Source of the DNA: Vicugna vicugna
Taxonomy: Eukaryota
Length of the DNA stretch: 64,000 nt
Direction of reading: 5' to 3'
Assembly (NCBI GenBank): GCA_013265495.1
Contig: MU058009.1
Span: 4,594,739-4,658,738, forward strand
The position numbers were made by a program, and so were the translations under genes. The notes beneath the pieces were generated by a model. The model had not been told where the DNA came from, searched no databases, and worked only from the letters and a program-made list of their open reading frames with translations. Positions 62,367-64,000 of this stretch are shown in pieces. The first letter of the stretch is position 1. Each line of letters begins with the position of its first letter.

Positions 62367-64000
62367 ACAGCACCTGGTCCGCTCCCCCGGGAGTTCCAAG
62401 CACTTTGCGCCAATAACTCGTATTTTTTTTTCATCCTGTTAGCAAATGGGCTGCTGTTAAATGGAGAATAAAGCCCACGTCCCTCCAGCGCCATTACCAA
62501 GTCTGATGAGCATCTGATTATCGCCACGATTTCAGTGTTCATCTATTCAGCCTGACAAAGGAGCAGAGTCTGAAGCCGACTCTCCCGTTTGTCCAGAGAC
62601 CCACTTCCGCGCTCGCGGCCGGCCTAGGGTGCGATTTCAGAGACGGGGCCGAGGAACTCTGCTCCCCTTGACAGTATTGATGGATTTGAGGGTGTTGATT
62701 AAGGGACATGATACAGCGAACTACCCTCCCGGCCACAACCCAGTGCTGGCAGAATCATAAGCTTGCAGGGCACGTGCTTCAGTCAGCTGCCTGTGTAAGG
62801 ATTCAATCAGCGTTAATCTGGCACAATGCAGCACCTGCTCCCCGACTGATTTCCAGTGTTCTTCAATCAAAAGCAGCAGAAGAAAAGCAGCCCTTACTGC
62901 AGGCAGTGCTGGCAGACCTGAAAATTCAAGACCCTGAGGCTCGACAGGAAGGTCGGGTTTGCCATTCGCTCCCCTTGCCCGAGGCGATGCTCTGGGCGGA
63001 ATCAGCTGTGGTCCGCAAAGGAAGTGGGCGAGGGCCGGGCGTGCCCAGCACCGCAGTCACGCCACAGGAAACGCGCGGTGATTAGGTGCCGGGAATCAAC
63101 ATCCATTGCCACTCGCTTCTTCCTCCGGTGGATCAGCCGTCCCGGGGGCTCGGCCGGTTTCCTCTAAGCTACCGCATGGAGCCCAGAGGACGGCGAGACC
63201 AGGAGGCTGGATTAACCGGGGTCTGAATACGTTGCTCTCTAGTCAGGCTGAGACCCGGAGCCGTGGGACGCCTCACTGGGAAACCAGGAAACCACTCACC
63301 CACGGGAAGTGGCTGCACCGCTCCAGGAGAGAAGCCTCCTAAATTTTAAGCTTCCTGAAGGCAACGACTCTAAGCCTCGTTCACAACTTCATCCCGGTGG
63401 TTAGCACGGCTCCTGGCTCGTAACAAGAGCCCCAGGACTCTTTGCTCAGTGAATCGTTAAGCAGAGCGGACACCACCACCACTTACGTGCAGAACGCCTT
63501 TTCCCACTCAGGTTATTTATTTTTTTCATGAAACAAAAATGCCCTTTGACTATTGTATTAAAATTTATTATGAATCAACTTTTTCCATTGACTTTAAAGG
63601 TCCCCCAAAATGGAAATAACATTTCTTTTCCTTACAGCAGATACTTACTAACAAGGGAAACTGTGCCTTATCATTCAAACCCTTAGCTTGATAGGACAAT
63701 TCACAGTAGTTGATTTGAGATAGAAAATCTGTGACTCCTTCAAGCGGTAGAGAAGTTGGGGTCCCTGGAGAACGTGTCCTCAGTTCCCAGCTTTTTGCCC
63801 AGAGGATTATCTTACAGCAGGTTGAATTCGTGCCTAATTATCTTCCAAACAGCTGGCCTACTGGATAAACCCTACCCTCACGCAGGGTACAAGGGAACGC
63901 GAGGGTGATGAGACTTTGATTCCAGGCGGGGCTGACGAGGGGAGCGAGTGGGATCCAGTGTGGAAACTCAACGGCGGACGGAGACAGCTTAGCAGTTACC

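Larger units (their letters stand above)
32274..64000 (-). other. OPCML: OPCML intron upstream of the Ig1 exon (partial)
   Basis: No signal-peptide or N-terminal IgLON exon found in 31.7 kb, consistent with the very large introns of IgLON genes. Confidence 0.85.

Overview
This is mammalian genomic DNA, most likely camelid (camel/alpaca). That call rests on a tRNA-Ala-derived Vic-1-type SINE at 41.9 kb and Cetartiodactyla-type L1 3' ends. The only supportable coding sequence is one 233-bp minus-strand exon (32041-32273) encoding most of the first V-type Ig domain of the IgLON adhesion molecule OPCML (OBCAM). The rest is flanking intron filled with decayed L1, L2, L3, MIR and hAT MITE fragments, microsatellites, a few recent tandem duplications and several enhancer/promoter-like islands. 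Repeat family names come from recognising recalled consensus motifs, not from a database run, so boundaries are approximate. Apart from the exon-containing frame and L1 ORF2 remnants, the ORF track is chance ORFs in GC-rich DNA. I found no convincing new multi-gene system. The best leads are a candidate cassette/poison exon with a duplicated splice donor, a strong AT>GC substitution bias, a minisatellite born from an L1 3' end, a microsatellite made of TALE-homeodomain sites next to an intronic CpG island, a three-layer transposon nest, and two atypical residues in OPCML Ig1.
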